From positions 2,046-66,045 of the forward strand of contig DYFY01000001.1 of NCBI GenBank assembly GCA_020724955.1: a DNA stretch of 64,000 nt, read 5' to 3'. Below, one piece after another: positions 48,545-58,240 of the stretch. Under the pieces are notes generated by a model, which made no database searches, was not told the DNA's origin, and saw only the letters and a list, made by a program, of their open reading frames with translations. A program made the translations under genes and the position numbers. The DNA is from Candidatus Parvarchaeum sp. GTDB lineage: Archaea > Nanobdellota > Nanobdellia > Pacearchaeales > GW2011-AR1. How positions within the stretch are numbered: position 1 is the first letter of the stretch; each line of letters begins with the position of its first letter.

Positions 48545-49105
48545 CTAATATTCAATTCCTTTTCTGGCTATGAAACCTGCGTCGTAGGGATGTTTGTGTT
48601 TTTTTATTTCTGTAACTAAATCAGCCTTTTCAAAAATTCTTGGGTATGGGACATGCGAGCCTGTCAGGATTAGTTCTTTATTTTTTGGCTTGTTTTCTAT
48701 CAGATTTATGATTTCCTCTTCTGTTAAAAGTCCAAGCTGGACTGCATAAAGTATTTCATCTGCAATTATTATGTCGTAATTTGTGTTTTTTAACGATGCC
48801 TTAACATAGTCAAGAGCTTCTTTTGCTGCCTTGATTTGATTTTCGGTTGGCTTTTTTATGACCCAGCCGTCTGTGCCGAAGCGCTTATATGAAAAATTTT
48901 GAAATTTTGAAAGAGATTTTATCTCTCCTGGAATCTGTTCTTCCAAAGAATCGGCTCCATTTTTCATAAACTGAACCAGATGGACAGAGTAGCCGTTTCC
49001 GCAGGCTCTTAGCGCGGTGCCAAAAGAGCTTGTGCTTTTTCCCTTTCCGTTTCCCCAAAAAACCTGCACAAATCCGAGACCTGCTTTTTTTAGCTCTTTC
49101 ATCAC
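48545..49105 (-). CDS. cobA: Cob(I)alamin adenosyltransferase (CobA/CobO/BtuR family)
   Basis: VFWGNGKGKSTSSFGTALRACGNGYSVHLVQFMK matches the BtuR/CobA P-loop region. 186 aa. Confidence 0.75.
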   Translation of the reverse strand: MMKELKKAGLGFVQVFWGNGKGKSTSSFGTALRACGNGYSVHLVQFMKNGADSLEEQIPGEIKSLSKFQNFSYKRFGTDGWVIKKPTENQIKAAKEALDYVKASLKNTNYDIIIADEILYAVQLGLLTEEEIINLIENKPKNKELILTGSHVPYPRIFEKADLVTEIKKHKHPYDAGFIARKGIEY

Positions 49106-49168
49106 TTTTCCTATTTGGAAAGGTATTTATTGATTGTTGTTGTTTGTTATAAAACTTTTGCGTTAAAA

Positions 49169-49456
49169 ATGAAAGAAAAAGAGGCTATTAGCAAGCTTAA
49201 GGGAGAAGGTTTCAGGGATGTTTATGTCTGGGAGGATTCAGCCGGAGCTTATTATCCTCCGCATTCGCACGAGGCTGTGAGCGGAATTGTTTTATCCGGA
49301 GAGATTAAGATAACTGCTTCCGGAAAAAGCAGAGTTTTTGGAAAGGGAGAAAGATTTGATGTAAAATCTGGAGAAGTTCATAGCGCTAAAGTTGGAAAGT
49401 GCGGATGTAAATATATTGTCGCCGAAAACAAAGAAAAAAATAAAGAAATAAAATAA
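49169..49456 (+). CDS. Cupin-domain protein
   Basis: YYPPHSHEAVSGIVLSGEIKI...GEVHSA has the two-His cupin motif pattern. Start at the internal ATG 49169. Confidence 0.5.
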   Translation: MKEKEAISKLKGEGFRDVYVWEDSAGAYYPPHSHEAVSGIVLSGEIKITASGKSRVFGKGERFDVKSGEVHSAKVGKCGCKYIVAENKEKNKEIK

Positions 49457-49460
49457 AAAA

Positions 49461-50201
49461 TTAAAGCTTTGAATCAATAACTTGTTTGAAATTGACAAAT
49501 GGCTGTGCTCCACTAATGGAAACTGCCGCTCCTGATTTTCCTAGGTCTTTTTTGGCAACTACAAAAAACCCAGGGGTGCCTTGAATTCCGAGAGAGCTTC
49601 CTTCCTGCAAGTCAGAACTTACCTTTGAAGCATATTTTCCTGAATCAAGACAGCTGTTGAATTTTGCAGTGTCAAGCCCAAGCTGTGAAGCATATGATTT
49701 ATATGTTGCAGAGCCCCCTGCAACTCCAAGCTCAAAGAGCATATCGTGCATTTCAACGAACTTTCCCTGCTCTCCTGCGCATTCTGCAGCTTCAGCTGCT
49801 TTTTGGGCGTTAGGATGTATGCTGTTTAATGGGAAGTGTCTGTATATGACAGCAACTTCTTCATCTGAATAAGAGCTTTTTATTCCTGCTATTGCGTCAG
49901 TATATGCTCTCGCACAAAATGGACATTCAAAGTCGGAATACTCTATTACAAAAACATTTGAACTCGGGCTCCCTTTCAAAAAGTGGTCTTCGCTTTCAAT
50001 GTCAACTTTTGCACTTGCAGTTGGCGCAGGCAAATTATTCGCTCCCTGATTAGCCACCGCGTTTCCTGTAACATCTTTTCCTGGAAGAACAAAGAATATT
50101 GCTCCCAAAACAAGAACGCCAATTAAGGCAAACGTGGAGTATTTCCATAAACTGTCTTTTCTTATTGTTATTGTATCGTTTTTTTGTTTTTCTTCACTCA
50201 T
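49461..50201 (-). CDS. DsbA-like thiol:disulfide oxidoreductase, membrane-anchored
   Basis: N-terminal TM. Thioredoxin-fold CxxC active site in FVIEYSDFECPFCARAY. Confidence 0.7.
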   Translation of the reverse strand: MSEEKQKNDTITIRKDSLWKYSTFALIGVLVLGAIFFVLPGKDVTGNAVANQGANNLPAPTASAKVDIESEDHFLKGSPSSNVFVIEYSDFECPFCARAYTDAIAGIKSSYSDEEVAVIYRHFPLNSIHPNAQKAAEAAECAGEQGKFVEMHDMLFELGVAGGSATYKSYASQLGLDTAKFNSCLDSGKYASKVSSDLQEGSSLGIQGTPGFFVVAKKDLGKSGAAVSISGAQPFVNFKQVIDSKL

Positions 50202-50214
50202 TTTAACCCTCCTT

Positions 50215-50763
50215 TCATCTGTTTTTAAGTTTGATTTGGCAAGATTTGCACACTAATAAACCTTTTGATGTCTTTTGAACAGCAAATGCCAGAATTATTA
50301 TCGCTAACAGGGAAATTTCAAGCCCTCCAAAAGGCATTGCAGATATAAATCCTGCCCCTATTCCCAAGACTGCCAAGACTCCGATTCCGCACGCTGCACA
50401 CGATGGAGTTGCGATTCCCAGGAAAATTCCCAGAGCTGTCAGAGTTCTGCTGGATTTGGACTTTGCTCTTGATGAAATTTTGAATGCGGTTAAAGAAAGC
50501 AGTATTCCAAGCAGGAAACTTATAATGATTAAAGAGGCAAAACCAGAGGATTTTATTGTGCTGTGAAATCCAAGAGTCATGCTGTAGAAAAGATTTGCTG
50601 TCTGAAAAAATCCCTTTTCCTGAAGGAAAGCTGAAAGAGCTCTAAAATTTTTTATTAGGACGTTAAGCATAAAAAAAGCGATGGCGATGGCGAAAACCGA
50701 GACAACGTATTTTGGCTTTGAATAGACGGTCTTCCAGACAAAAAAATAATTTTTCAGCTTCAT
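50215..50763 (-). CDS. Polytopic membrane protein with a TM-embedded CxxC; candidate redox partner of the DsbA-like protein
   Basis: Five TM helices. GIATPSCAACGIGVLAV has CAAC inside a helix, and there is a C-terminal CKSC. Adjacent to and co-oriented with the dsbA-like gene. Confidence 0.4.
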   Translation of the reverse strand: MKLKNYFFVWKTVYSKPKYVVSVFAIAIAFFMLNVLIKNFRALSAFLQEKGFFQTANLFYSMTLGFHSTIKSSGFASLIIISFLLGILLSLTAFKISSRAKSKSSRTLTALGIFLGIATPSCAACGIGVLAVLGIGAGFISAMPFGGLEISLLAIIILAFAVQKTSKGLLVCKSCQIKLKNR

Positions 50764-50966
50764 TTCCTCATTCCTTTTATTATAAGCAATATCGCAATTA
50801 AAACATAGATTGCCAGTATAAAAGGGTTGTGAAAGATTATTATTCCAAGCAGGGAGTCAAAGGTAAGGTAATTTCTGCCGGAGTCTAAAGGTATTTTTAT
50901 GAAATAAGAAACCGCAAGAAAAACCGCGAAGCCAATTCCAGAATAAAAAATAACTTGTTTTTTCAT
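50760..50966 (-). CDS. Small membrane protein
   Basis: 68 aa, two TM helices; overlaps the next gene's start by 4 nt. Confidence 0.3.
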   Translation of the reverse strand: MKKQVIFYSGIGFAVFLAVSYFIKIPLDSGRNYLTFDSLLGIIIFHNPFILAIYVLIAILLIIKGMRK

Positions 50967-51007
50967 AATTCTGTAAAGTTTATATAGATATAAAACCTTT
51001 TCCCAAC

Positions 51008-51955
51008 ATGAACGCTTTTGGTGTTGTCATGCTAATGGTTTTCCTTGTTGTAGTCGGGGGGCTTGGTTATTTTTTTTACCAAAATCTTCCCGGAGAGCCT
51101 GTTGATTTAGTTGTGGATGAACCTTCAGCGACGTTGCAGGACAAGGTTTCTTATTCTACAAGCTCCCAGTTTTACAAAAACATGAGATTTCCGGATAACA
51201 CAATAAGCTACGCTATTGAGGAGATTTGCGGAAACAAAAAAAGGGAGCAGTTTCAGGAAGCATTAAGGATTCTAAAGGAAGAGACAGTGCTTGAATTTTA
51301 TGAAGATTCTGTTGAGCCGGAGATAATTGTTACCTGCTCTGACCTCATGCCTGAGCCGGAAAACAAAGGATATTTTATCGCGGGAGAAGGCGGACCATCT
51401 GAAATAATAAACACCTCTTTATATGCAGTGATATTGCAGGGCAAAATTTCTCTTTTTAGGGAGGAAAAATGTGAAAAACCCAATATAGCTCTGCATGAGA
51501 TGCTGCACGTTCTTGGATTTGATCATAATGACAATCCTGACAGCATTCTTTTTCCCACTCTTGATTGCGAACAGCAGATTGACAGATATTTGATTGATGA
51601 CATCAACAACCTTTATTCTGTGACGGGAAAACCTGATTTAAAAATTTCAGAGATAAAAGCCACTAAATCAGGAGCTTATCTGAATTTTGAGATAAAGGTG
51701 GTTAATCAGGGGCTTAAAAATGCCGAATCTGTGGAGCTGGCAGTTTATGCTGACGGGGAGCTTGTGATTCACAACAGCGGGAAAAAGTTCTTTGACCTTG
51801 GGAACATAGCAGTAGGCTCTACAAAAATATTGAACGTTGAAAACCTGAAAATCGGGCGTGGAGCTGAGGAAATCGGATTTACAGCCGACCCGAACAATAA
51901 TGTGGATGAGCTGTTTGAAAATAATAATGAAGTTGAGCTTGTTCTTGGGGAGTAG
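51008..51955 (+). CDS. Membrane-anchored metzincin-type zinc metalloprotease with a C-terminal beta domain
   Basis: N-terminal TM. HEMLHVLGFDH matches HExxHxxGxxH. Confidence 0.65.
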   Translation: MNAFGVVMLMVFLVVVGGLGYFFYQNLPGEPVDLVVDEPSATLQDKVSYSTSSQFYKNMRFPDNTISYAIEEICGNKKREQFQEALRILKEETVLEFYEDSVEPEIIVTCSDLMPEPENKGYFIAGEGGPSEIINTSLYAVILQGKISLFREEKCEKPNIALHEMLHVLGFDHNDNPDSILFPTLDCEQQIDRYLIDDINNLYSVTGKPDLKISEIKATKSGAYLNFEIKVVNQGLKNAESVELAVYADGELVIHNSGKKFFDLGNIAVGSTKILNVENLKIGRGAEEIGFTADPNNNVDELFENNNEVELVLGE

Positions 51956-51999
51956 TTCAGTGCAATAATGTTTATAATGCTTTTAGTCTGGAAAGAAAA

Positions 52000-53028
52000 A
52001 TGGAAGGGTCTGTTAAACACTTGGAGTCTTTGATTAAAGAGTTTGAAAGTATGTACGTCGCGGTCGTTGGAGATCCTATTCTAGATAAGGTTGTTGATGG
52101 AAAAGTCAGAGGGCATATTCCTGCTCATAGAGACATACAGGATTTAAGTGTGGACTTTAAAAGTGAGAGGTATTTCCCTGGTGGAGCAGCTAATACTGCC
52201 AAAGGTGTTTTTTACTTAGGAGCCAGGCCTACTCTTTATGGGCCAGTTGGGAGTGGTTTTAATGGGGAAGAGTTAAGACGCAAAATGCATGGGATTGGTA
52301 AATTTGATTATGTTTTGTTTGGTCCTGGAAGAGAAACCATTATGAAAGAAACAATAAGAAGTCAGGGAAATCCTGTTGTTCGGCTTAGTCATGGAGATGT
52401 TAGTGATAGTTTGCCGAGACCTTATGGCTTGTCCAGAGAGCAAGCAAGGTCTATTGTAGAATCTATTAGCAGATCTGAAAGTGATTTGCATGTGTTAATG
52501 TTTTCTGATTACGACAAAGGAACTCTTGATGAATATTTGAGCGAAAACTTGATTAAATTGGCCAGAAATAGAGGAGCTTTTGTTTCGGCTTCTCCTAAGC
52601 CAGAGAATCTACGTTTGTTTGCAGGGACAGATCTTATTGTTTTAAACAGAGAAGAATCTGAGAGATTTTGCACAATGATGGGTTATGGCCCTCTTAGTTT
52701 TGCCGACAGAGCTAAACTGATCAGAGATGAATTTAATGTTGAAAATGTAGTTATTACGCTTGGAGAAGAGGGTATGTTGGCTTACAATGGCAGAAATCAT
52801 ATTATTCCCTCTTTTGTGAAAGAAGCGGTAGATACAACCGGCGCGGGAGATATGGCCTTCGCAGCTTTATCTCTTGCTCTTGCGAGAGGCGCCGATATTA
52901 AGGTTGCTTGTCATCTGGCTAATTGCTATGCTGGATTGGCTTGCGAAAAGCCGGACACTTACGTGCCTGGAAGAAATGAGTTGATTGAAAGGGTTAAGGG
53001 CGAGATTGACCAATTAGTGGCCCGATGA
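52000..53028 (+). CDS. PfkB-family carbohydrate/nucleoside kinase
   Basis: C-terminal DTTGAGDMAFAAL is the PfkB signature 2 (DTxGAGD). Also N-terminal GGAANTA. Confidence 0.75.
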   Translation: MEGSVKHLESLIKEFESMYVAVVGDPILDKVVDGKVRGHIPAHRDIQDLSVDFKSERYFPGGAANTAKGVFYLGARPTLYGPVGSGFNGEELRRKMHGIGKFDYVLFGPGRETIMKETIRSQGNPVVRLSHGDVSDSLPRPYGLSREQARSIVESISRSESDLHVLMFSDYDKGTLDEYLSENLIKLARNRGAFVSASPKPENLRLFAGTDLIVLNREESERFCTMMGYGPLSFADRAKLIRDEFNVENVVITLGEEGMLAYNGRNHIIPSFVKEAVDTTGAGDMAFAALSLALARGADIKVACHLANCYAGLACEKPDTYVPGRNELIERVKGEIDQLVAR

Positions 53029-53036
53029 ATTTGTTA

Positions 53037-53199
53037 TCCCCTCGCCAAGAGTCGAACTTGGGTAACCCGGGTTCTGCTTTTTCTACTTTTCCTGCGAAAA
53101 GATTCTGAAAGCGTTTCATTCTTGTCCATTAAATCTTATGGAATGTCCACGCCTGACTTTTGTCTACAGCCGGATGCTCTGCCGTTGAGCTACGAGGGG
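53037..53199 (-). tRNA. tRNA-Tyr(GTA) with a ~90-nt intron in the anticodon loop
   Basis: Reverse complement: CCCCTCG-TA-GCTC-AACGGCA-GAGC-A-TCCGG-CTGTAG, intron (plus-strand 53073-53162), then C-CCGGG-TTAC-CCAAG-TTCGACT-CTTGG-CGAGGGG-A. C1:G72 is the archaeal/eukaryal Tyr identity pair. Confidence 0.75.
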
Positions 53200-53295
53200 C
53201 TGGTTATTTCTAGTTTAAGGGCTTTTAAAATATTTGGTTTGCTTCTTTGAAAATTAAACAAAGGTTTAAAAGCAAAGTTTCAGAATGATTGCTCC

Positions 53296-53922
53296 ATGAC
53301 AAATTTTTCAGACGGAGAAGAAAATAGCTTTGGGAGCAATCCAGAAGAGGACCCTATTTTTCTTGCAGAAAAAAGATATAAGGGTGTTGCTGATTCAGTC
53401 GCTTCTCTGGGAAAATACTTTTTAGGGGATTCTGAAGAGATTGGATTTTTTAGACGTTATCTGGATAAATCTGCTGAAGTTATGAGCAGAGAACTTTCTT
53501 CAGAACAGCCAGCTCTTGTTCACTTTGTTGAGCAGTCCAGAAGAACAATTCCCAGAAATGTTGAAATAATTGCAGAGATATGCCACTCAGTTATAGATGT
53601 TAATTTTGATAAGCTTGTTGATGAGAGAGTTAAGAATTCTGATTTTCTCCACTATGCTTCTCCTGAGATATATGGGTCTCACTTGGACTCTTTTAGAAGA
53701 GCGAAAATATCTGGTTTGTTGTCAACTTGTTTTAGAAATGGGGTTGAAGTCCTGGACTGCCTAAATGATACTCTCTATGCTTTTTCTGTGGCTTTAAAAT
53801 CTTCTCAAGAGCCGTATCCAGCAGGGGTTAAAGCCTTAGAAGCTTATGTTGCTGAGGCAAGAGATTTTCTCAGTGAGGCTATGACGGATTTGAGGAAAAA
53901 TCTAATGATTGCCAGAATTTAA
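53296..53922 (+). CDS. Hypothetical protein
   Basis: 208-aa helical ORF with no motif. Confidence 0.4.
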   Translation: MTNFSDGEENSFGSNPEEDPIFLAEKRYKGVADSVASLGKYFLGDSEEIGFFRRYLDKSAEVMSRELSSEQPALVHFVEQSRRTIPRNVEIIAEICHSVIDVNFDKLVDERVKNSDFLHYASPEIYGSHLDSFRRAKISGLLSTCFRNGVEVLDCLNDTLYAFSVALKSSQEPYPAGVKALEAYVAEARDFLSEAMTDLRKNLMIARI

Positions 53923-55301
53923 TCTGCTTCTCTCGCCGAGGTCTCCGCTGCAAAATATGCTTTGTTTGATGTAACTTTCAGGGTTTTTCCGTCTTTTTCA
54001 TAGATAGCTGTTGCCTGCGGGATTTCAAAACGCCCCACTATTTTTATTTTTGAATATATTATGTATGTGAATGAGCGCTCTTCTCCTGCATTAAGGGAGT
54101 TGATGTTCCAGAAAATTCTTCTGGTGTTTGCGTCAACTTTGTCGGGCTTGACAGGGAATTTTTCGTAGACTTTTGCTATTGCCGGGACTTTATCTATCAG
54201 CTGGATTTTGTCCACGTGGCGCTTCGCTTTTACATTTATCCTTACTCTAAGAGCCAGTTCATTGCCTTTGGTTTTTACGAAAGAAATTTTCTTTGTCACG
54301 ACAAGTGAAGTTTCAAGGAATATTTTTACAGATAAAACCAGGAGAACTACAAGAACAGCCAGAATAAAAGGAAATGTATAGTTGGTTTTCTCGATTACGA
54401 TAAGGGACTCATTCGGCTTCAGCTCTTTGCTCCATCTATATTCGGCAAAAAATCCGCTTTTTGCAGAATAATCAGGCTTTAAATTATATGTTGTAAAAAG
54501 CCTTGTCAGGATATCTTTCTTTTTTTCAATCTCAGCGGTTATTTCAGTATTTCCAACATTTGTTTTTTTGAGTGTTGTTTCTCTGACTAAAAACCCAGAG
54601 GAATCCTCTGAAACAGCAAGCCCTTCCTTTTCCAGATAATTGAAGCCTGTTTTTTTCTCTGCGCTTTTACCAGAATATGAAATCAGAATATCAGCTTCAT
54701 AATTTCCTGCCACAAGTTTTTTTGATTTTTCAGGATTTATCCCGGCTTTTATTGTAAGCATTTCCTTTTGCGCAAGATTTATTTCATCCTCTAGCTCGAA
54801 AAAAGGAGATTCTATTTTGACAGACAAATCTTCAAGAGCTATTTTCTCCAGGTTTATGATTTTTATTTCTGCTTCACTATCTCCAGGGTTTATGTCCTTG
54901 ATATTTATATCCAAGAGGTCGGCAAGTTCAATTATTTTGACCTGGATTTTTCCTTCTGTCCCTTTGTTTTTCTGGCTGTATATTTCATAAGAGATGAGAA
55001 ACTCTCCTCGGGTTTTTTTCAGAGTTTCATCTGAAAATACTCCTTCAACATCAATTTTTTTTGTTTCACCTGAATTAATTGTGAATTTATTTGGAGAGAA
55101 GCTAATCCCTGCAAAACTGAATATCTCAAACTCGTCTGTGTCTCCTGTGTTTTTTATTGAGAAGCTGTATTTTATCGGATTGTTGAGCTCCGCTATCACC
55201 ACTGAATTTATCTCTTCTGATTTTATATCAAGAGCCTGCGCCATGCCTGCGGGCAAAAAAATGAAAGAGCATAAAAGCAGCAAAATCAAGATTTTTTCCA
55301 T
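53919..55301 (-). CDS. Secreted, membrane-anchored surface protein
   Basis: Signal peptide MEKILILLLLCSFIFLPAGMAQA, a beta-rich body, and a C-terminal TM (FPFILAVLVVLLVLSVKIF) followed by a ~150-aa cytoplasmic tail. Confidence 0.5.
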   Translation of the reverse strand: MEKILILLLLCSFIFLPAGMAQALDIKSEEINSVVIAELNNPIKYSFSIKNTGDTDEFEIFSFAGISFSPNKFTINSGETKKIDVEGVFSDETLKKTRGEFLISYEIYSQKNKGTEGKIQVKIIELADLLDINIKDINPGDSEAEIKIINLEKIALEDLSVKIESPFFELEDEINLAQKEMLTIKAGINPEKSKKLVAGNYEADILISYSGKSAEKKTGFNYLEKEGLAVSEDSSGFLVRETTLKKTNVGNTEITAEIEKKKDILTRLFTTYNLKPDYSAKSGFFAEYRWSKELKPNESLIVIEKTNYTFPFILAVLVVLLVLSVKIFLETSLVVTKKISFVKTKGNELALRVRINVKAKRHVDKIQLIDKVPAIAKVYEKFPVKPDKVDANTRRIFWNINSLNAGEERSFTYIIYSKIKIVGRFEIPQATAIYEKDGKTLKVTSNKAYFAAETSAREAD

Positions 55302-55342
55302 GGCAGTTTCACATGGAATTTCTATATAAATATTGTGATGTT

Positions 55343-55858
55343 CTATGAGGGTCTTTTTTTTCCTACGAGCTCAAAATAAGCTTTCATTTCGTCTGTGAAT
55401 TTTTGAGTGATTTCTCTTACTAAGTCTTGTTTTTCTTCAATTCTTTGGGGGATTATGTATTTCTGATACAGCTCTTTAAAGAACTTATGAATTGGATTAG
55501 GCTCCCATTTGTTGGACCAGTCTTTTTCAAGGATGCCTTTCACAGTTATGCTTAACTCCGAAAATTTATTTGACTCTTTTTTCTGCCCGTCTATTTCTAT
55601 CTCAACTTCCTTCATTCCAAGCAGTTTCCAGGCAATTTCCAAGGTTATACGGAAATAATCTGATATTTTTACAGATGCGTTCCATTTTATTTCTATGTCT
55701 TTTGCTCCGCCGGCCTGTATTTTTTCAGAATAGAGTTTTTCCGTGACGTCGAATTCGTTTTCTCTCAGCCAGTCGTATGCAAAGATATATGCATCTTCTA
55801 GTTTTGCTATCCCTTTGTAAAAAATCTTCTCCTTCAATACGTTGTCTTTTTCCACCAT
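55343..55858 (-). CDS. Hypothetical protein
   Basis: 171-aa ORF with no motif. Confidence 0.4.
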   Translation of the reverse strand: MVEKDNVLKEKIFYKGIAKLEDAYIFAYDWLRENEFDVTEKLYSEKIQAGGAKDIEIKWNASVKISDYFRITLEIAWKLLGMKEVEIEIDGQKKESNKFSELSITVKGILEKDWSNKWEPNPIHKFFKELYQKYIIPQRIEEKQDLVREITQKFTDEMKAYFELVGKKRPS

Positions 55859-55905
55859 CTTTAACTCAGATATTTAAGAAGAGTTCTATTTAAAGGTTTT
55901 CAGAT

Positions 55906-56441
55906 TCAATACAGTTCATCGTAGCAGTCATGGCAGAGCCATCGCCCCTCAAACTTCATTAGGTCTGAAAGAGCTCCGCATTCCTCACATAGCCCATCGG
56001 ACAGCGAATCTTCCTCTGTTTTTGCCAGTTTCCTGAGTTTTTCGGCTTCTTCTCTTATGTCTGCAAGGTCTCCAAGCTGGTTGTACAGCAACGGGTCAAC
56101 CCTCAAAATATCTTTTAATGTAATCATTCCAACTAATTCATTCCTTGACAGGACGGGAAGCCTTCTGAATCCGTATTGCCTCATTTTCTGCAAAGCCTGA
56201 CTTATGTCTGCGGAAGGTTTAACCACTGCAACTTTTTTTGTGGCTATGTCTGTCACCTTCAGGTCTTTTAAGTCTTGGCTTGACTTCTTGATTATCGCCC
56301 AAAGGATGTCTCTTGCAGTTATTATTCCATAAAGCTTTTTTTCTTGGCTACTAAGACGCTGTTTACCCTTTCTTTTACCATTTCTTTTGCGCATTTATGC
56401 AGATTTGTGTCTGGAGTAACAGAAACAAAATTTCTTGTCAT
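55906..56441 (-). CDS. CBS-pair protein with a C-terminal C4 zinc ribbon, interrupted by a frameshift at an A7/T7 homopolymer
   Basis: Downstream part (track ORF 55906-56394) carries CBS 2 and CEECG...CHDCYDELY. The upstream reading frame, translated by hand (MTRNFVSVTPDTNLHKCAKEMVKERVNSVLVAKKK), is CBS 1. It ends one base out of phase at the T7 run at 56336-56342. Confidence 0.55.
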
Positions 56442-56579
56442 TATGTCTCCGACAGCTACTCTTCTTGCCACGCTTAGAAAACTAAGTTTTTCTATATAAG
56501 GATTTATGTTCTTTAAGCCTCTTTTTATATGGTGCTGGAATGTAAAAATGTTTAAAAGAGTGGTTCTTGCAGAAATAGA

Positions 56580-58187
56580 ATGAGCGACAAACAGCCTGTT
56601 TATATTCTTCCTGAGGGTGTTTCCAGAACTGTCGGCAGAGACGCGCAGAGAAATAATATTCTGGCAGCCAGAGTGATTGCGGAAGTTGTTAAAACGACTC
56701 TTGGACCAAAAGGCATGGACAAAATGCTTGTTGATTCAGCAGGGAATATTGTGGTCACAAATGACGGAGTCACCATACTCAATGAGATGGAAATAGAGCA
56801 TCCTGCCGCAAAGTTAATTGCAGATATAGCCAAAACCCAGGAAGAAGAAGTCGGTGATGGAACTACAACTGTAGCTATGCTGGCAGGCCAGCTTCTTGAA
56901 AACGCTGAGAAGCTTTTGGACAGAAGGATACATCCCAGCGTGATAGTCCGGGGATACGGACTTGCTTCGGAAAAAGCATTAGCTATTCTCAAAGAGATAT
57001 CGTTTCAGGTTGAAGACAGGCGGGTGCTGAAGCAGATTGCGATGACTGCCATGACCGGAAAGGGCGCAGAGGGAAACAGGGAAAGATTTGCCGAGTTGAT
57101 TGTCAGCGCAGTTGACAGAATTGCTGACAAGAGAGCTGTCAATTTGGAAGACATAAAGATACAGAAAATTAAAGGAGAGAGTTTTGAAAACAGCGAGCTG
57201 GTTGATGGAGTTGTTTTTGAAAAAGAAATTGCTCATGATGGAATGCCGAGAAAGATAGAAGGAGCAAGAATAGCTTTGATTGATTTTGCTCTTGAGCTGA
57301 AAAGTCCGGAAGCTGAGACGAAAATATCAATATCCAGCCCAGAACAGCTTCAAGGTTTTATAGAGTCCGAGGAAAAGAACCTTAAAGCTCTCACAGATAA
57401 AATTATCTCTTCCGGAGCAAATGTTGTTTTCTGCCAGAAAGGGATTGATGATGTGGCTCAGTATTATCTTGCCAAGTCGGGGATTTTGGCATGCAGAAGG
57501 GTATCAAAATCAGATATGATTAAGATAGCAAGAGCCACTTCCGGGAAGATAGTTTCTAATGCGGCAGAATTGGATGCAGGAAGTTTTGGAACTGCTAAAA
57601 TAGTTGAAGAGATCAGGAGGGGCGATGACGGAATGATGTACATAAGAGGCTGTGAAAATCCGAAAGTTGTAACTCTTCTTATCAGGGGAAGCACCGAGCA
57701 TGTTTTGGATGAAGTTGAGCGTGCTATTAAAGACGGCCTTGGTGACGTTTCCGCTGCTTTGAGAGATGGAAGAGTTGTTTCTGGAGGAGGAGCTGTTGAA
57801 ATTGAGCTTGCCAAAAGGCTGAGAGAGTTCTCAAGAACTTTATCCGGCAGAGAGCAGCTTGCTGTGGAAGAATTTGCAAATTCCTTAGAGTGCATTCCTG
57901 AAGCTCTTGCTGAAAATGCCGGGCTTGACCCGATAAATGTGCTTACTGAACTAAAGAAGAGACATGAGTCTGGAATGGCAAGGGAAGGGCTGAACTTGTT
58001 TAATGACCAGATAGAAGACTGTTTTTCGGCAGGAATTGTTGAGCCGATGAAAGTGAAGAAACAGGCGATAATTTCTGCGACAGAAGTTGCAACAATGCTT
58101 TTGAGAATTGATGATGTTTTGATTTCTTCTGGAGCTGGAACCGGAAAACAGCTACAGAACCGGAATCCATATGAAGGAATGGATTGA
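56580..58187 (+). CDS. ths: Thermosome subunit (group II chaperonin)
   Basis: N-terminal RNNILAARVIAEVVKTTLGPKGMDKMLVDSAGNIVVTNDGVTIL and the ATP-binding block VGDGTTTVAMLAGQLL. 535 aa. Confidence 0.9.
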   Translation: MSDKQPVYILPEGVSRTVGRDAQRNNILAARVIAEVVKTTLGPKGMDKMLVDSAGNIVVTNDGVTILNEMEIEHPAAKLIADIAKTQEEEVGDGTTTVAMLAGQLLENAEKLLDRRIHPSVIVRGYGLASEKALAILKEISFQVEDRRVLKQIAMTAMTGKGAEGNRERFAELIVSAVDRIADKRAVNLEDIKIQKIKGESFENSELVDGVVFEKEIAHDGMPRKIEGARIALIDFALELKSPEAETKISISSPEQLQGFIESEEKNLKALTDKIISSGANVVFCQKGIDDVAQYYLAKSGILACRRVSKSDMIKIARATSGKIVSNAAELDAGSFGTAKIVEEIRRGDDGMMYIRGCENPKVVTLLIRGSTEHVLDEVERAIKDGLGDVSAALRDGRVVSGGGAVEIELAKRLREFSRTLSGREQLAVEEFANSLECIPEALAENAGLDPINVLTELKKRHESGMAREGLNLFNDQIEDCFSAGIVEPMKVKKQAIISATEVATMLLRIDDVLISSGAGTGKQLQNRNPYEGMD

Positions 58188-58240
58188 CTAGATTAAATAC
58201 TGAACGAAAGATTTAAATATATGCATGTATGCATATATAC

